Position numbers and translations under genes: made by a program. A DNA stretch of 64,000 nt from Chiloscyllium plagiosum (lineage: Eukaryota), in NCBI RefSeq assembly GCF_004010195.1, contig NC_057718.1, positions 49,377,239 to 49,441,238 on the forward strand. The letters are read 5' to 3'. How positions within the stretch are numbered: the first letter of the stretch is position 1; each line of letters starts with the position of its first letter. Positions 21,571-34,477 of this stretch are shown here, one piece after another. The notes under the pieces were generated by a model, which was given only the letters and a program-made list of their open reading frames with translations, did no database searches and was not told where the DNA came from.

Positions 21571-22737
21571 ATAAGTTAATTTATAATTAATTAAAACTTT
21601 TCTGTGGAGACAGAATTATTAGGCTTTCCATAACTTCAACTTCATAATTATCCTTAGTCTTGCCTCTGACTCCAATGACCTCACTGCCCATATTCAATTC
21701 CATCTCCCTGTTTTAACTGCTCATGGCTAAAAATTTAAATCTGAAAAATAACTAGCTGCTTGTGGAGACACAGTTGGGAACATCAGATATTCCATATTAG
21801 ATAGGTAAGGATCAAGATTCCAGGTTGATATTAACCCCTTTTGGCTTGGGTTCGCTGAACTCACATAATGCAGAATCTAAGCCTAAGGAATGGATCAGAA
21901 TAATTTCTCCTACTTGCTGCTTAGTTCCAGCAACCTTCAGGCTCCATCCTCCTTTTTGATCTGTGGCAATACATAAAAATTAAGTTGCAAGAAAACTTCA
22001 AATTCCTATCCTATCTCTTATGACATTGAGTTCCACCTTCAACACATTACCTACTCCCCTCCCATACTGCTAAAACCCTTCATTATACCCAAATTATCTC
22101 CGACCATGATTTTCCAACATTATCAATCTACAGTGATCCACTCCATGTAAAATCCAATAGAAACAATGTTGTACTTTGCCCCTTGGGCAATACCGGAACA
22201 ATTTTCATTTGACTAATTTTAATTCAGTGAAAATCTCAGGTATTTTATAATCAGTATGTAATCCAGATTCTCTAAAATGCTGTCACCCACATTAAAACTT
22301 GCTCACCTCTGTTCTTTCAAATTCCAATTGAGATTACCTCAATGGATTGAATTTAATATTCCCACCTACATTTATAAATGCTTTGATTGTTGTGCTGCGA
22401 CTCCCTCTACAACCTCTTCCAACTACTTGTCGGCTTGGCCTTTTGCTGTTCTAACTTTTGCCTTCTTGTCATAAAGTAATTTGAATGCATTTCCTGCTAT
22501 GTCATGTCAACATAATGCCTCTAAATATATTTCAGGCCATTTACTGTTCTATGAATTCAGACTGTTGCTGAGCCAACTCTAAAAGTTAAAAGTGATTCGC
22601 AGATTGAATGTGGAAACAGTGATGAGTTGTTCAACCCGACTGAGGTCAATGGAAATGAAAATTGGAGATGTAAGGAAAGCTTCTGACTTGCTATCACTTT
22701 TCTCTCTCTTTCCATCTCTCTCACTTCATGTATAATG

Positions 22738-22927
22738 TTAAAAATCACACAACACCAGGTTATAGTCCAATAGGTTTATTTGGAAGCACTAGCTTTCAGG
22801 TGGACAACCACCTGATGAAGGAGCAATGCTCTGAAAGCTAGTGCTTCCAAATAAATCTATTTGACTATAACCTGGTGTTGTGTGATTTTTAACATTGTAC
22901 TCCCCAGTTCAACACCGGCACCTCCAA
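22738..22927 (+). mobile_element. Penelope-derived foldback element with 13-bp TSD
   Basis: 64-bp inverted arms 22736-22799 and 22831-22894 (2 mismatches); TSD ttcatgta(t/c)aatg at 22725-22737 and 22928-22940. Confidence 0.9.
22809..22843 (+). ncRNA. Minimal type I hammerhead ribozyme motif
   Basis: cac-CTGATGA-a-ggagc aat gctct-GAAA-gc-TA-gtg: stem I cac/gtg, 5-bp stem II, palindromic AGCT stem III, predicted cut after CUA (22840). Confidence 0.8.
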
Positions 22928-24189
22928 TTCATGTACAATGCTCTGAGAGAGTATGAACTTCCATTGGATTGGTGCAGGATTATGCTTGTCAAAGTACTGT
23001 ATTATAGCAAACCAGGAAACTCTTGCCATTAGGTGTATTTGGAAGGATTTACAGACTGAAAACCAAGTTGTTTGACCACGTTGTGAATGCACCTTCCTTG
23101 CCAATTCAATCCTCAACTGGTTCTTAAAATTGGGAGGTTCTAGCAGCAGTAAGGACACTATCACTGTGCTACAAAATTATCCCTGTCAAATTCAACACAA
23201 GTGATTTCTCACTTTCGGCAATGCAGAGAGCAAGGTGTTCTTTCCTCTTACAGGAGACAAATCGTGAAAACAAATATTTTGTTGCCCCGACTGAGATGAT
23301 ATGATGTACATTGAAGTACAGCGCAGGAACGAGAAGAACAATAAAAAATAGCTTACTTATAAAACAGATAAAGAGTGCAAAGAAGAAAGAAATACAAGTT
23401 TAATATATTTGACTTTTAATGAATGCTCATATTGTCTCCAGTCATACAGTACTATGACTCATAGTCAGCAACCCATTAGTTGCAAGATCAAAATTTCTTT
23501 CACCTCGATAGCCTTATATAACTATTAAGGATAAAGAAGTCACCCCCAATCTTGCCATCCTTCCAAACTTGACTCACTTGACCAACAGCAGAAAATACAA
23601 TAAATCAATTAATAACCACTAACCAATTAATCATATAATTTTAACAGTAATTTGATGGCCCAGTCCAATGTTACATTGCCAAGTTAATTCTAGAATGAAC
23701 TTTGTACTCTAAGCATTACAGAACAAATTTGCTAATATTGGTCCTGCAAAATAACACATTCTGCTGGCAGATCAAATGGAAACATTTTGCGGAAGCTATC
23801 ATGTGAGTAAGGGTGGGACTTGAATTTGCATAAGTTTCAGTGTGATCTAAGAACAGGCAAGATGACACACTGTCTTTTTTTAGATATTACCATTGTGACA
23901 GAAACAAAATGGGCTGACTTTCGGGCTGACTTTCATGCTCCTCAGACATGAAGGACTGAGAAAATTGTTGCCCGAGATTATGAAGTAAACCAGCATGATG
24001 GTTTACTGACCCAGTTTTTGGCATTCATTGTTTTGGCTGTTGCAAGTTTATGCCTGGGAAGGTTGTCTGCTCTTGCAAGGTAGACAGGCAATAAAACTCA
24101 TGCAGTGCCAAGTTGAGTATGGATTAAGAAGGCTAACTGGAATTTGATATAAAGCAACTTAAGGCTGCTTTTAGTTTCTCAGTTATTCT

Positions 24190-24300
24190 TCAATTCTGAA
24201 GAAAAGTATTGGATTCAAAATGTGAACTGTTTTCTCTCCATAGCTGAAGCCAGACCTGCTCAGTTTCAGAATCCAGCATCCACAGTTCTTTGGTCCATTT
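24190..24300 (+). mobile_element. Old Penelope-derived fragment with eroded hammerhead core
   Basis: ttctgaagaaaag...caaaatgtgaactgttttctctcca...ccagacctgct...ccagcatccacagttc. Confidence 0.6.
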
Positions 24301-24489
24301 TAATTAAGCCATAATTTGGTTACACTGGGTATGCATTTTAGTAATACAATTTCCAACTTATTGAAGAAAGAGGAGAGTGACAATTTTGTTTTGTTTGTTG
24401 TTTAGTTGAAGGGAATCAAACAAATCAATTAGCCATCTCAAAGTTATCATTGGATGTATATCACCAATTCAACCATTTGAAATCAGTAA

Positions 24490-24615
24490 AATTTCATTCA
24501 AAGGTATAAAGAGTTAAGGATAAATGATGGATAAATCGACTTGAGATACAGATCAGGTATTATTTAAATGAATGGTAGAACAGGAGCTGAATGGCTTTCT
24601 CCTCTTCTATGTCTG
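24490..24615 (+). mobile_element. Old CR1 3' tail
   Basis: gatacagatcagg...gaatggtagaacaggagctgaatggctttctcctcttctatgt resembles tails at 43500-43570 and 46000-46078. Confidence 0.6.
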
Positions 24616-25291
24616 ATAAACTTATGTTCAAATATGCCCCAAAAAGACACAAACATTTCCACTTAATTGCCAAATAAAGTTTTGACATTTCTAATTCTGC
24701 AGATCTTGTCACAATTGTGGAATTTGTGGATCCAAAGCCAGATATTACATTTCCTTACATTGTCATTCAGTAGCTTACTATTCATAAAAATTGACTGATC
24801 AGACAGAATTGTTTTTAATACAGATGTTTCCAAATAAGAGAATGCGTTTGCTTTCACTGAAAAATAATTAGCTGTAAAAGATTTGTTGTTATTCTAAATC
24901 AGATCTGTCTAGTTTGAATTATTCCAACAAAATTAAATCTCTAGTTAGAAACAAGCATTTAATGCCTTCTCCCGTATTACCAAAAATATTTACAGCACTA
25001 TATATCAAATGTGAAAGATCTTTGTTGCCACACTTAAAGAACCAAGTCATTTAACCTCTGCTATCAGTTCCCTGAACAATAATGCTTCTATATTATCACA
25101 ACAAAGTACGTCAATGGGGCATATTTTGTTTTTCTATTCAGGCCTCAGATCTGGTCATTTACTCAAATAATTTATCCTCTAGAAGCAAACTCAGATAAAT
25201 TCGTCTGTTGTCATTCTTTCCATGAATCTCCTTTTTCACAATGAAAAATTCCAGGTCTTTCTTCTCGAGAACAGATACTCAACAATCTCCC

Positions 25292-25390
25292 TTTATTCCT
25301 GATGAAGGGCTTTTGCCCGAAACGTCGATTTTGCCTGTCCTCGGATGCTGCCTGAATTGCTGTGCTCTTCCAGCACCACTGATCCAGAAG
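25292..25390 (+). mobile_element. Penelope-derived short element
   Basis: Same body as the right arm of 26234-26441; possible ctccct TSD. Confidence 0.82.
25295..25330 (+). ncRNA. Minimal hammerhead ribozyme motif
   Basis: attc-CTGATGA-a-gggc tttt gccc-GAAA-c-GTC-gatt: perfect 4-bp stem II, palindromic ACGT stem III, weak stem I. Confidence 0.72.
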
Positions 25391-26233
25391 CTCCCTAAAA
25401 GCCAAGTTAACCATGCATTTCATCTATGGATGAGATGCTACCTGTTCTAATCAAATTACTATGGAATGCCAAACTGAGATAAATCTTCCATCAATTTCCA
25501 GATGTGGAAAATTGGAAAAAGTGGAATGTATTTTTCTTGTACTTCAAACTCATTGAAAACCATCTACTGAAGAGATTGTTAGGTCAGACTCTCCCACCTT
25601 TTTGATGAAAGGGAAATGAATGAGTGTAGTTCTGCAAAAATAAAGGAAACTAGGAGAAAAATAAATATGTAATATAATAGAAACAACAGTTTTTGACCTG
25701 TTGTAATTTTTATTTCCTGCATACGGGATGCATAAATGCTAAATATTTGAAGTAGCAACAGATGACCAACTAGTTTTAGTCAAGCTGATGTAATCCCAAA
25801 GGAACAAACACCAAAACAGCCCTGACATGTGTAAATATGTAATTATACAGTTTATGTGCTTTACAGCCAGTATATAGAATAAGTATGTTAAATATGACCT
25901 TGAAGGATATTTGTGAAGTGTAGCCATTGAAAACAGAAGTATTTGGAAAGATTACATAGAAAAGTGATTTGTGGAAAGATTGGCTGTGAGAATAAGGATA
26001 TACAATGCTCCTTCATTTGCATGGGAATAAAAACAAATTGAATGCATAGAAACTGAAGGCAAAATCTAAATATGAAAGGCTGTTCCAAATTTAGGATCTG
26101 TTTTATATAATCTCTTAGACAGAATAGTGATGATTATCCTCTAAGTGGGCTAACCATCTTATTTCTGAGCTTAGGACTGTATGGCCCAGTATCTATCTCT
26201 GTTATAACAGAACCAGGGATATATCAAAACTAA

Positions 26234-26441
26234 CGAGGAGAAAGTGAGGACTGTAGATGCTGGAGATCAGAGCTGAAAATGTGTTGCTGGAAAAGCGCAG
26301 CAGGTCAGGCAGCATCCAAGGAACAGGAGAATCGACGTTTCGGGCATAAGCCTGAAGAAGGGCTTATACCCGAAACGTCGATTCTCCTGTTCCTTGGATG
26401 CTGCCTGACCTGCTGCGCTTTTCCAGCAACACATTTTCAGC
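26234..26441. mobile_element. Penelope-derived foldback element with perfect 15-bp TSD and hammerhead core at the apex
   Basis: 81-bp arms 26272-26352 and 26361-26441 (1 mismatch); TSD atatatcaaaactaa at 26219-26233 and 26442-26456; CTGAAGA 26352-26358, GAAAcGTC 26372-26379. Confidence 0.93.
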
Positions 26442-28309
26442 ATATATCAAAACTAAACCAACCTTTGTGATCTGAACTGGACAGTCGTTCCCACATAGTC
26501 TTGTATGAACTTTTATAATCAATCCAAAAGTAACAAAAACATTGGGCTGAATCTTATTTTTTTCCAGCTAGGTCCAAGTTGTTTTATATTCTTGTAAAGG
26601 TTTGTTGTTGTGAGAACTAATGAGTTCACTCACCACATCTGACCAAACTCATCACATTAATTGCCTACCTCATTCCTATGGTATCTCTTCCATCCAATTT
26701 TGCCACCATATTACCGCCCACTTTTCCCACAACAATTCACTACCATCTGGATAACCTCCAAAATTCCAGCACCCCTTGTGCCTGCCCCATCTTTGAAAGA
26801 CTACGTGCATCCAGATAAAGTGTTGACAATCTGGCATTGTCCCTCACCAATAAACACATGGCACATCATGAAGCCACACTGCCCATAACACATTGGAGGT
26901 CATGGCTGACACTTCCTCACATGTACACCTCACTCTCTCACCCTGGTTGAGCTGTACTGTTGAACTGGCATGTACACGTCTTTCCCTCTCCCAAGCTACA
27001 TTCTGTTTAAGTATCTTTTAAATTAGTGCTACTACAGGGACAGTGACCATTACTAAGCATGAAAGTGATCCCTCAGCTGTCAGCTGTGATTTAGGAATCA
27101 TGACTAAAAAAATGGAACAACCAATGGTTGTCCACTGCTCCCAAACTCCTCTTTTGAAAGTGGTTGTCAATGAGGTTCTATCTCGTATGTAGCACAGTCA
27201 TTAGGCATCATTAAGTGCTTAACTATAAATCAGTTTGGGACAATCTAAGATCTTATATAGCACGTGTAAATGCAAGTGCTGCTATTTTCTTTTACAGAAG
27301 TCAAAGTGTTTTCCACTTAGAACAATAGTTTAACACAAACCCATGGGAAAAATAATGAACAAATTGCACTACCCTTTTTGTGGTTTGATGTAATCATTTT
27401 TGGCAATATTTGCTGGCTATTTCTAACTGCAAGAGCTGACCTTGTAGTTTTAACCTCCATCTCACCCTGACCAAATGAATTGCATCATGTCACTCACAAT
27501 AAGTGTGAATGTTTGATAACTCATGATGAAATGACAAATTGCTTAATATTCCTGCTAATCTTGGACTTTAAGTTACATTCTCGAATTCTTGTATTCCGGT
27601 TAAAATGGATAAACATGCTTTACTTTAACATAAACTGTATGAATAACTCAATCTTGCAATCCTTTCTGCAAAGGAAAAAGCATTTTGAAACATCCAGAAA
27701 TGTTACAAAAATGTAAATTAAGAAAAAAAATGTTTCTCTAAAAAAATGTTAAATATTTATCTTGCAAGCACACATTCTTAAATTTTTGAGACTTTTACCA
27801 AACTCCATCAGACTTGTGTGTCAGGATTCCAGCATAACCCATTGGAAAAAGGCAAATATCATTGGTTCAAGGAGTTTTTTCCAGGCTTTTAAGGGATGTA
27901 AGCACTCAATGCTCCTTACAATGCTTAGCAATGGAACTGTTTGGATGGGACTTTACTATGTTGTAGTTTCAGCATCCTTTACATAGTTGGACTTAGCACT
28001 TGATTGGAGGTTAGTATTTTATGAGAAAATGTATGTCAGCCTCCAAATGAATGGCACCAAAGTGGTTTAAGATAGATATGTGATTGAGAAAAGAGCTTTT
28101 CAAACAATAAATTGAAATGGACTTTCCTTCCAAGAGATTATGGAAATGGATATTAAGTGAATGTTGGGAGGACTTGTATGATCTACCTTCAATGACATCA
28201 ACAGGGAGTATACCAGACTGCTTAAATAACAGCACCTCATTGTTTTTAGATTACTTTATATCAGGCCATTTTTTTCAAACCAACACAGTTTGATAAAACA
28301 GGGAAACAA

Positions 28310-28790
28310 GGCTAATAAAATCAGAAACACTTTAAATATTGAATAACTCAGGCAGCGAGTGAGAAAAGAAAATCAGTATGTTCTTCAGTTCAAAGTCCCT
28401 TCAACGTAACTGGGAAATGTTAAAACTGTAAGAGGCTTAATTAAATGAAAGGGTGGGTCGAACAAAAACAAAACAAAAGAGGAGGTCTGAGGTAACATGA
28501 AAGACAGGAACAATTAAATGAGGAACAAGTTTGTGATCCAAGATAAAGAGGGTAGTAATTGGACAAGTAATGATAAGTTGAAAGGAGGTGTGAATGGCAG
28601 AATGGTGAATGCTGCTGTCCAAAAGTAAAAACAACTTAACATTCCAGGCCATTACCTTTTAAGATCACCACAAAGATTCTTCTGATGCGTTGCTTACCTG
28701 TAATGCTAACATTGCCCATTCTGTGGAATTCCTGCAACTTTTGATTTTATTTCAGATTTCTTACATCTTAAGGTTATTGCTCATGTATTA
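28310..28790. mobile_element. Old rearranged Penelope-derived sequence
   Basis: Eroded matches to the 36467-36690 family at both ends, in opposite orientations. Confidence 0.4.
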
Positions 28791-30269
28791 AATTTTCTTT
28801 CCAAAAGTAATTCCTATTGGAAAGATAGGCCAGCTGTAATATTGCTGTCTGGTTAGGCACATTCTTATCCAAAGACCACCAAAAAGTTATTACTCTCATG
28901 AAATAGCACCTTACCATTCAGGGCAGTGTTGAATATTCCAGCTACATGGAGTGTGTGGGTTCTGTTCAGATGCTGACAACTGTGCCAGATTCTTTTTGAC
29001 TGCTTTCAGTCACCTCAGTTTATGAGGATGAAGCCTCGCAGGTGCCCTGTTTTTAATTAATGCCCCTTTTTCTTGTTGGTTTGTTTTCCAGCAGATGATG
29101 TAACTCCTGTGGAGTAGGAGCAGGGGGAGAGAGAAGGGGTGAGAGAAACTGAGCAAGAGTTTTGTCAAGATGCTCGGCTTTATGATTTGGGTCATCTTTC
29201 ATAGATCGGCTGGTCCTCTCCCGCCTCTGTGTTTTGTCTGTGAATTAGATGCCCTCACGCAGATCGTCCAAATACAGGCAGGATTAACACTTGAATGTAC
29301 CAAAACAGCACTGATTTTGCCCTCCAAGCGTTTGGGGGCAATACGTTTAACAAGGACTTTAAGAGTTTACTTGAATCAGATTTTAATATTTTATATTTTC
29401 ATGCTTTGGGATAGGAGTTTTTGAACAAAACAGAGACAATTTTATTAAATCACAAGTATATTGACGTTACTAAAAGCATTGTAATCCGAACCTTGTACAG
29501 GACATAATGTCTAATGTCATTGCCTAGACAAAGGCTATATTAATGTAAATGTAATAGATCACTTGTTTTTCTTGGCATTGAGATGCATGACCTCATCTGA
29601 TCCTAAAGTTCAATGGATAGCAGAGAGGAGGAAGCAGATGATGATTATATTTTTCCTTGAAGCTGTGCTAGCCTCACTTATTGTTCTTAAATGTATCCTT
29701 CAAATGTTTACACTCATAAGCTTTGAAAATATAGGTAAGATAAAATTCTAATTCGTTTTGTTTTCCAACTTTTCTTTCTCAAAGTTAGGCGTGAAGAAAA
29801 ATCAACTGTAAGTGCAGTTCAGTGTCTGGAACTCAGATGAAAATTTGGGTTTGGGTTCAGCAGTTCTGAAGCTGTGGTTTGCATCATGGTGCAGAAAAAA
29901 AATGAATTACCACAAACATGTTACATGCAACACATATTCTGAAATCAAACTGAAATAGAAAGGAAGCATGCCGTTTCCTTTACAAACAGTTTGGTTGTTG
30001 TGTCGGGTTTTGTACAGCTGCATGCTAAGGGTGTTGGCTTGCATGCCTTCAAAAATGAGATCATAGGCTGAGCCACAATTATAGAAATTAACCCTTCCAA
30101 AGCCAACATTTATTTCTGGCCTTTAGTTCTTTCTGTACTCTGCTAAACAGTCAAGACAATTCTTCTACGAACGAAAGATAAGTTGCAACATTACAATATC
30201 TTGCCACATCATTCTATAGCGTCTATGGTTTATGAAGATCAGAGCAGTTAACCTTTCTCTTCAAATTAA

Positions 30270-30555
30270 GTGCTCACAATTTATATAATGAATGACCATC
30301 CTGTCTGTCATTGGTGGTGGCATCGGATGAGTCAGATCAAGAGTGTTGACCAAGACGCCAATAGAATCCGTTGCTGCTCTTTCACTGATACCGTGGGATC
30401 TTTAATATTCAGTCCAACTGCTGGAACCTGCCCTCGGTTCAATCTCCTATTGGAATGGTAGCAGGTTGAACAAGCAACACTCCCCAATAGCATGTTGGAA
30501 TCTCAGTTCAGATTATACATTTTAAGTCCTTTGGTGAGGGTTAAGCCCACAGACC
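30270..30555 (-). mobile_element. Decayed Deu-domain SINE (SacSINE1/AmnSINE1-like)
   Basis: Reverse complement has gggagtgttgc...aaccgagggc...aagatcccacgg...aagagcagc...gtcttggtcaac as in the Deu core. Confidence 0.65.
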
Positions 30556-30611
30556 AACTAATGGATTTTGTTGTACATTGGGCTAAAATTGTTTTGTTGG
30601 AAAGTTGGATG

Positions 30612-30972
30612 AGGGTCTTAGAGATGTATAGCATGGAAACAGACTCTTCAATCCAACTCATTCATTCCGACCAAATATCCTAAGTAAATCAAGTCCCATT
30701 TGCCAGCATTTTGCCAATATCCTTCTAAACCCTTCCTATTCATATACCCCCTCCAGATGCCTTTTAAATGTTGCCTTTGTACCAGCCTCCACCACTTCCT
30801 TTGGCAGCTCATTCCATACACACACCACCCTCTGTGTAAAAAAGTTGCCCCTTACTTCCATTTAAATTTTTTTCCCTATGCTCTCTAGCTTTGGATTTCC
30901 TTACCCTGGGGAAAAGACTTTTGCTAATCACCCTATCCATACCCCTCATGATTTTATAAACCTCTATAAGAT
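30612..30972 (-). mobile_element. CR1 (HER1-like) 3' end
   Basis: LIEVYKIMRGMDRV..SLFPRV; similar to 2215-2511. Confidence 0.9.
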
Positions 30973-31424
30973 TAAATATATAAAGATCAACTCTTTGGAT
31001 AGCAAAATACAATGTGCAAAATTTAAGGGAGAACTTTCATCATACTGATATTATGAATACATGTCAACATAATGGAAGGTGCTAATTAATTATGTCAACA
31101 TCTATGAAATTTGAAAAATAAATATGTGAATAACATTCACAATCGGAAGTTAAGGCCACTACTAAGTGATTAGAAGGATGAATCCACCATAAACATTCAA
31201 ACTAATAAATCTGAAATAGCAAGATTATGCTGAAATCATGTCTTCTGAAAAACTCTGATCCAGAGTATGAGGAGTATGATTGTCTCGACATTAGATGGAG
31301 TAAAGCCATTATGAAATGGAGAGTTTTTCAATATTACACCATGCATGGCTTAAAAATGTATAATCTGAACTGAGATTCCAACATTATTTTAAAATTGTTC
31401 TAATCCTGTCAGTTGTACTAGAGA

Positions 31425-31790
31425 ATGGCACAGGAGGTGATAGACTAATGACATCACCTAAGATTATTAACCCAGAAACTCAGGTAATCTTCTAGGGACT
31501 CAACTTTGAATTCTGTCATGGCAGATGGTGGAATTTGAATTGAATAAGTATCAGGAATTTGGAATCTAATGATGACTATGCAATCATCTGTCAATTGTTG
31601 GAAAATCCCATCTGGTTCATCAATATCCTTTAGGGAAGGAAACTGGCATCTTTACCTGGTCTAGCCTACACATGACTCCAGACTCACAGCAATGTAGTTG
31701 ACACCTAACTGCCCTCTGGGAAATTAGTGATGGGCAATAAATGCTGGTCTGGCCAATGACACCCATATCCCATGAAGGAATTTTTAAAAA
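31425..31790 (+). mobile_element. tRNA-head SINE, second family (tail shared with 11480-11835)
   Basis: catggcagatggtggaatttgaatt...cctttagggaaggaaact...gggcaataaatgctgg...cccatatcccatgaaggaa; mirrors 57912-58212. Confidence 0.82.
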
Positions 31791-34477
31791 TTATGAAGCA
31801 CCTTTTTTTATAGCAACTCAATTCTAAATTATCTATGAAGTCTGCCTTACCAGATACACACAAAAAAAAAAATCCATGGTTCACTCTGAGGGTGATCAAA
31901 GGAATCCAACTGTCTAAGTTGACACTTATCCTTCAACATAACAAAATGAAAACAGATTTTCTGGTCAATTACCTCATTTATGAGAAAGAGCTGGGCTGAA
32001 TTTGTGTGAGAGGAGTGTTGTTCCCAATGCCAAGCAGAGGGCTACCCCACCTCAGCTCTTTGGGGGACTGCACTGAGGGAATTAACTGCCTGGTGCCAGA
32101 GACTCCATTGCTTTGAAGGACCGGGGCACATCTCCAATCTGAGGGCTGCAGCTCTTCTGTTGTAACAGCAACATCAGATCAGTCACCACTGCTGAAAGTG
32201 CAGCTAACAAAAATGTATGTCAGGGGATTCCCTTGAGCCATTGATGTAGGCTTTGCATAGGGTGGGTGAGGGGAAACAGTTGGTGAGAGTGGTGGGTACT
32301 TTTCAGTTTTGCTGCCAGCAGATCTGTCCTTGGATGACAAAGGGACTGAACCAGGAGTGCAAATCACCCAAGCCCACAGGAAGGCTACTAGATCACTCAG
32401 TGTAGTTCAGAGCCCACCAACAAGCGGTAAAATGCCAGCAGTGGCAGGAAGGATCCTTTAAGGTGATCCTAGTTGGCCATTTAACGATTTCAATTAGCTA
32501 TTGGATGGAAGATTATCTCCAATCTTTCTTGCCACTATAAATACAAATTTTATATCTGATGGCCTCTAGTAAAAGTGAGAAATGTTGCACTGTAGAACCT
32601 AATATGCATCCTATTGACTTCAAAGTTGACAATCACCTTCATCTATTTCTCAACACTATAAAGAGATAATTCAGTATTTAAATACAGATTAGAAATGAAT
32701 ATTTCAGATTGCTGCAGAGAATGTTGTATTCTCTGTAATTCTGACATCTCATTCTTAGGGAAACAAAAGCACTGAAGTTCAGGGCCAAATTGGGAGGGTG
32801 TAAGAAGAAGATTCAAAGAGAATGATTAGTCACAGATGAATTCCTGATCTTTGTGTGGTGAAACACCAAGTTGAGGCTAAGTGCAATCTCAAAAGGAGGA
32901 AATTCAGAAAAGAAAATCAGCATTCTCTGCTGTTTTTACAAATTTTAGTTTAGAGCAGAGTTCTGAGATGATTTTTAGGTGCACATTCAATACAAAACTA
33001 GAGGTAAGATATGGAGAGAAAAAAATTACTAAAGACTGTGGATATGAAACTGTTTGCAGCATGAAAAACATATGCAAATACATTAAACTGACATTTCCTC
33101 TTTTACATTGTTATATGCCCGATCTGTCTATGACATCTACTGCAGATGTAAATATTTCAACATGACGCAAATACAGTCTTTGTGGATCATTACTTATTGT
33201 TGAAAAGCATTTGGTGGCTCAATTGTGATTGTTGAAACACATGCAATTAATTAATTGATCTTAAAGCTGAAATATTGTTACATGAGCAGTAACAGCAGGA
33301 AGATTGAAATATGAATAAGCAGTTTGGCAGAACATTTTGATAATGAGAAATTATTGATAGCTATGCAATATTAGCATAAAGACCCTCATGAATAAGTTTG
33401 TTAAATTCTAACTGGTTACAGATTTATTTATTCGACATTAACTCTTGGTTAAATTTGTAGCCAGAAGAATTTTGCATATGAATGCTAAAATACCATTTTC
33501 TATTTCAGTTTAAATTTACCTGTGCACAATGAAAGATTCCAGTATATAAAAATCTGAAGTGAGGAGTGTAGCATAAGAACTACATTAATGCTAAATGGCT
33601 CACAGTCTAAATTTTAGATGGTTCACAATTGAATGTCAAAATAATATGAACCTCATTATTGAACCAATGCTGTTTGGGATAACAGGCCTGACTATGTGAC
33701 CTACTTTGGATTGCAATCTACCAGTAAGCCTAATTTTGTTTGGCATTTGTGCATTTTGAATTGTCCTCAGTTTGAGAATATTATCTTATTATGGGCAGCG
33801 GAGAGGAAAGGAGAGGGTGAAGCAAATCAGTCAAAAAGGCATGGGTGTGGAAATCATATTAATATCTGCTAACATATTGCAAAAAAGGAAATTTCATGGT
33901 TAGGCAATCTTATCATCCCTTGCTGAATTGGTTTGCTTTTGTTTGATCCAAACAGGTTGCCGTACTAATCAATAGAGACCTCTGCTGGCTCTGGCCCACA
34001 GATCATTCAAAGATTACTTAGTACAGTTTGTAGTTTTTTTATCATTAGCAAAAATGCTGGCTATGTAATGCTAAACTAGATGATTAAAAGCACCATGCTA
34101 GATTCTAAAAGGTGCAGCAATATTTTTCACTCTGAAATCTTGTCTAGTTTATTAGACAAACTGTTAATCTGGTACAATTGCCACCAAAATTTTATTTACT
34201 TTTTCTTCTTTGCAAAGAAAAAATAGAAGATGTAAGGGTGCAGAAGGACCATATTAATCTCTGTTAAATAGTTCTTTTGTGTTTCCATTGCACCAAGCAA
34301 TGATAACTCTTCATTTTGGGCATGCAGTGAATGAATACTAAATTGCAGAAATAAATTACATTATTTATGGAAATTGTCTGGAAATTGTTGAAGTCGACAG
34401 CTTTTGTGCATGGTGCAGGCTTATGAATGTTTCAGAATTTGCGCTTTATGAAGATGGAAATTCATTTTTCAGTATGA

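Noticed and set aside
26272..26441. DNA-transposon MITE or pre-miRNA
   Set aside because: 15-bp TSD, asymmetric end and hammerhead core fit a Penelope derivative; the sequence is multi-copy and there is no expression evidence.
31990..32560. Old non-autonomous DNA-transposon-like patches starting gggctgaat (also ~23910, ~26543, 12440-13440, 56620-56990, 61000-61310)
   Set aside because: GC-richer texture suggests old repeats, but I could not establish paired TIRs or TSDs.
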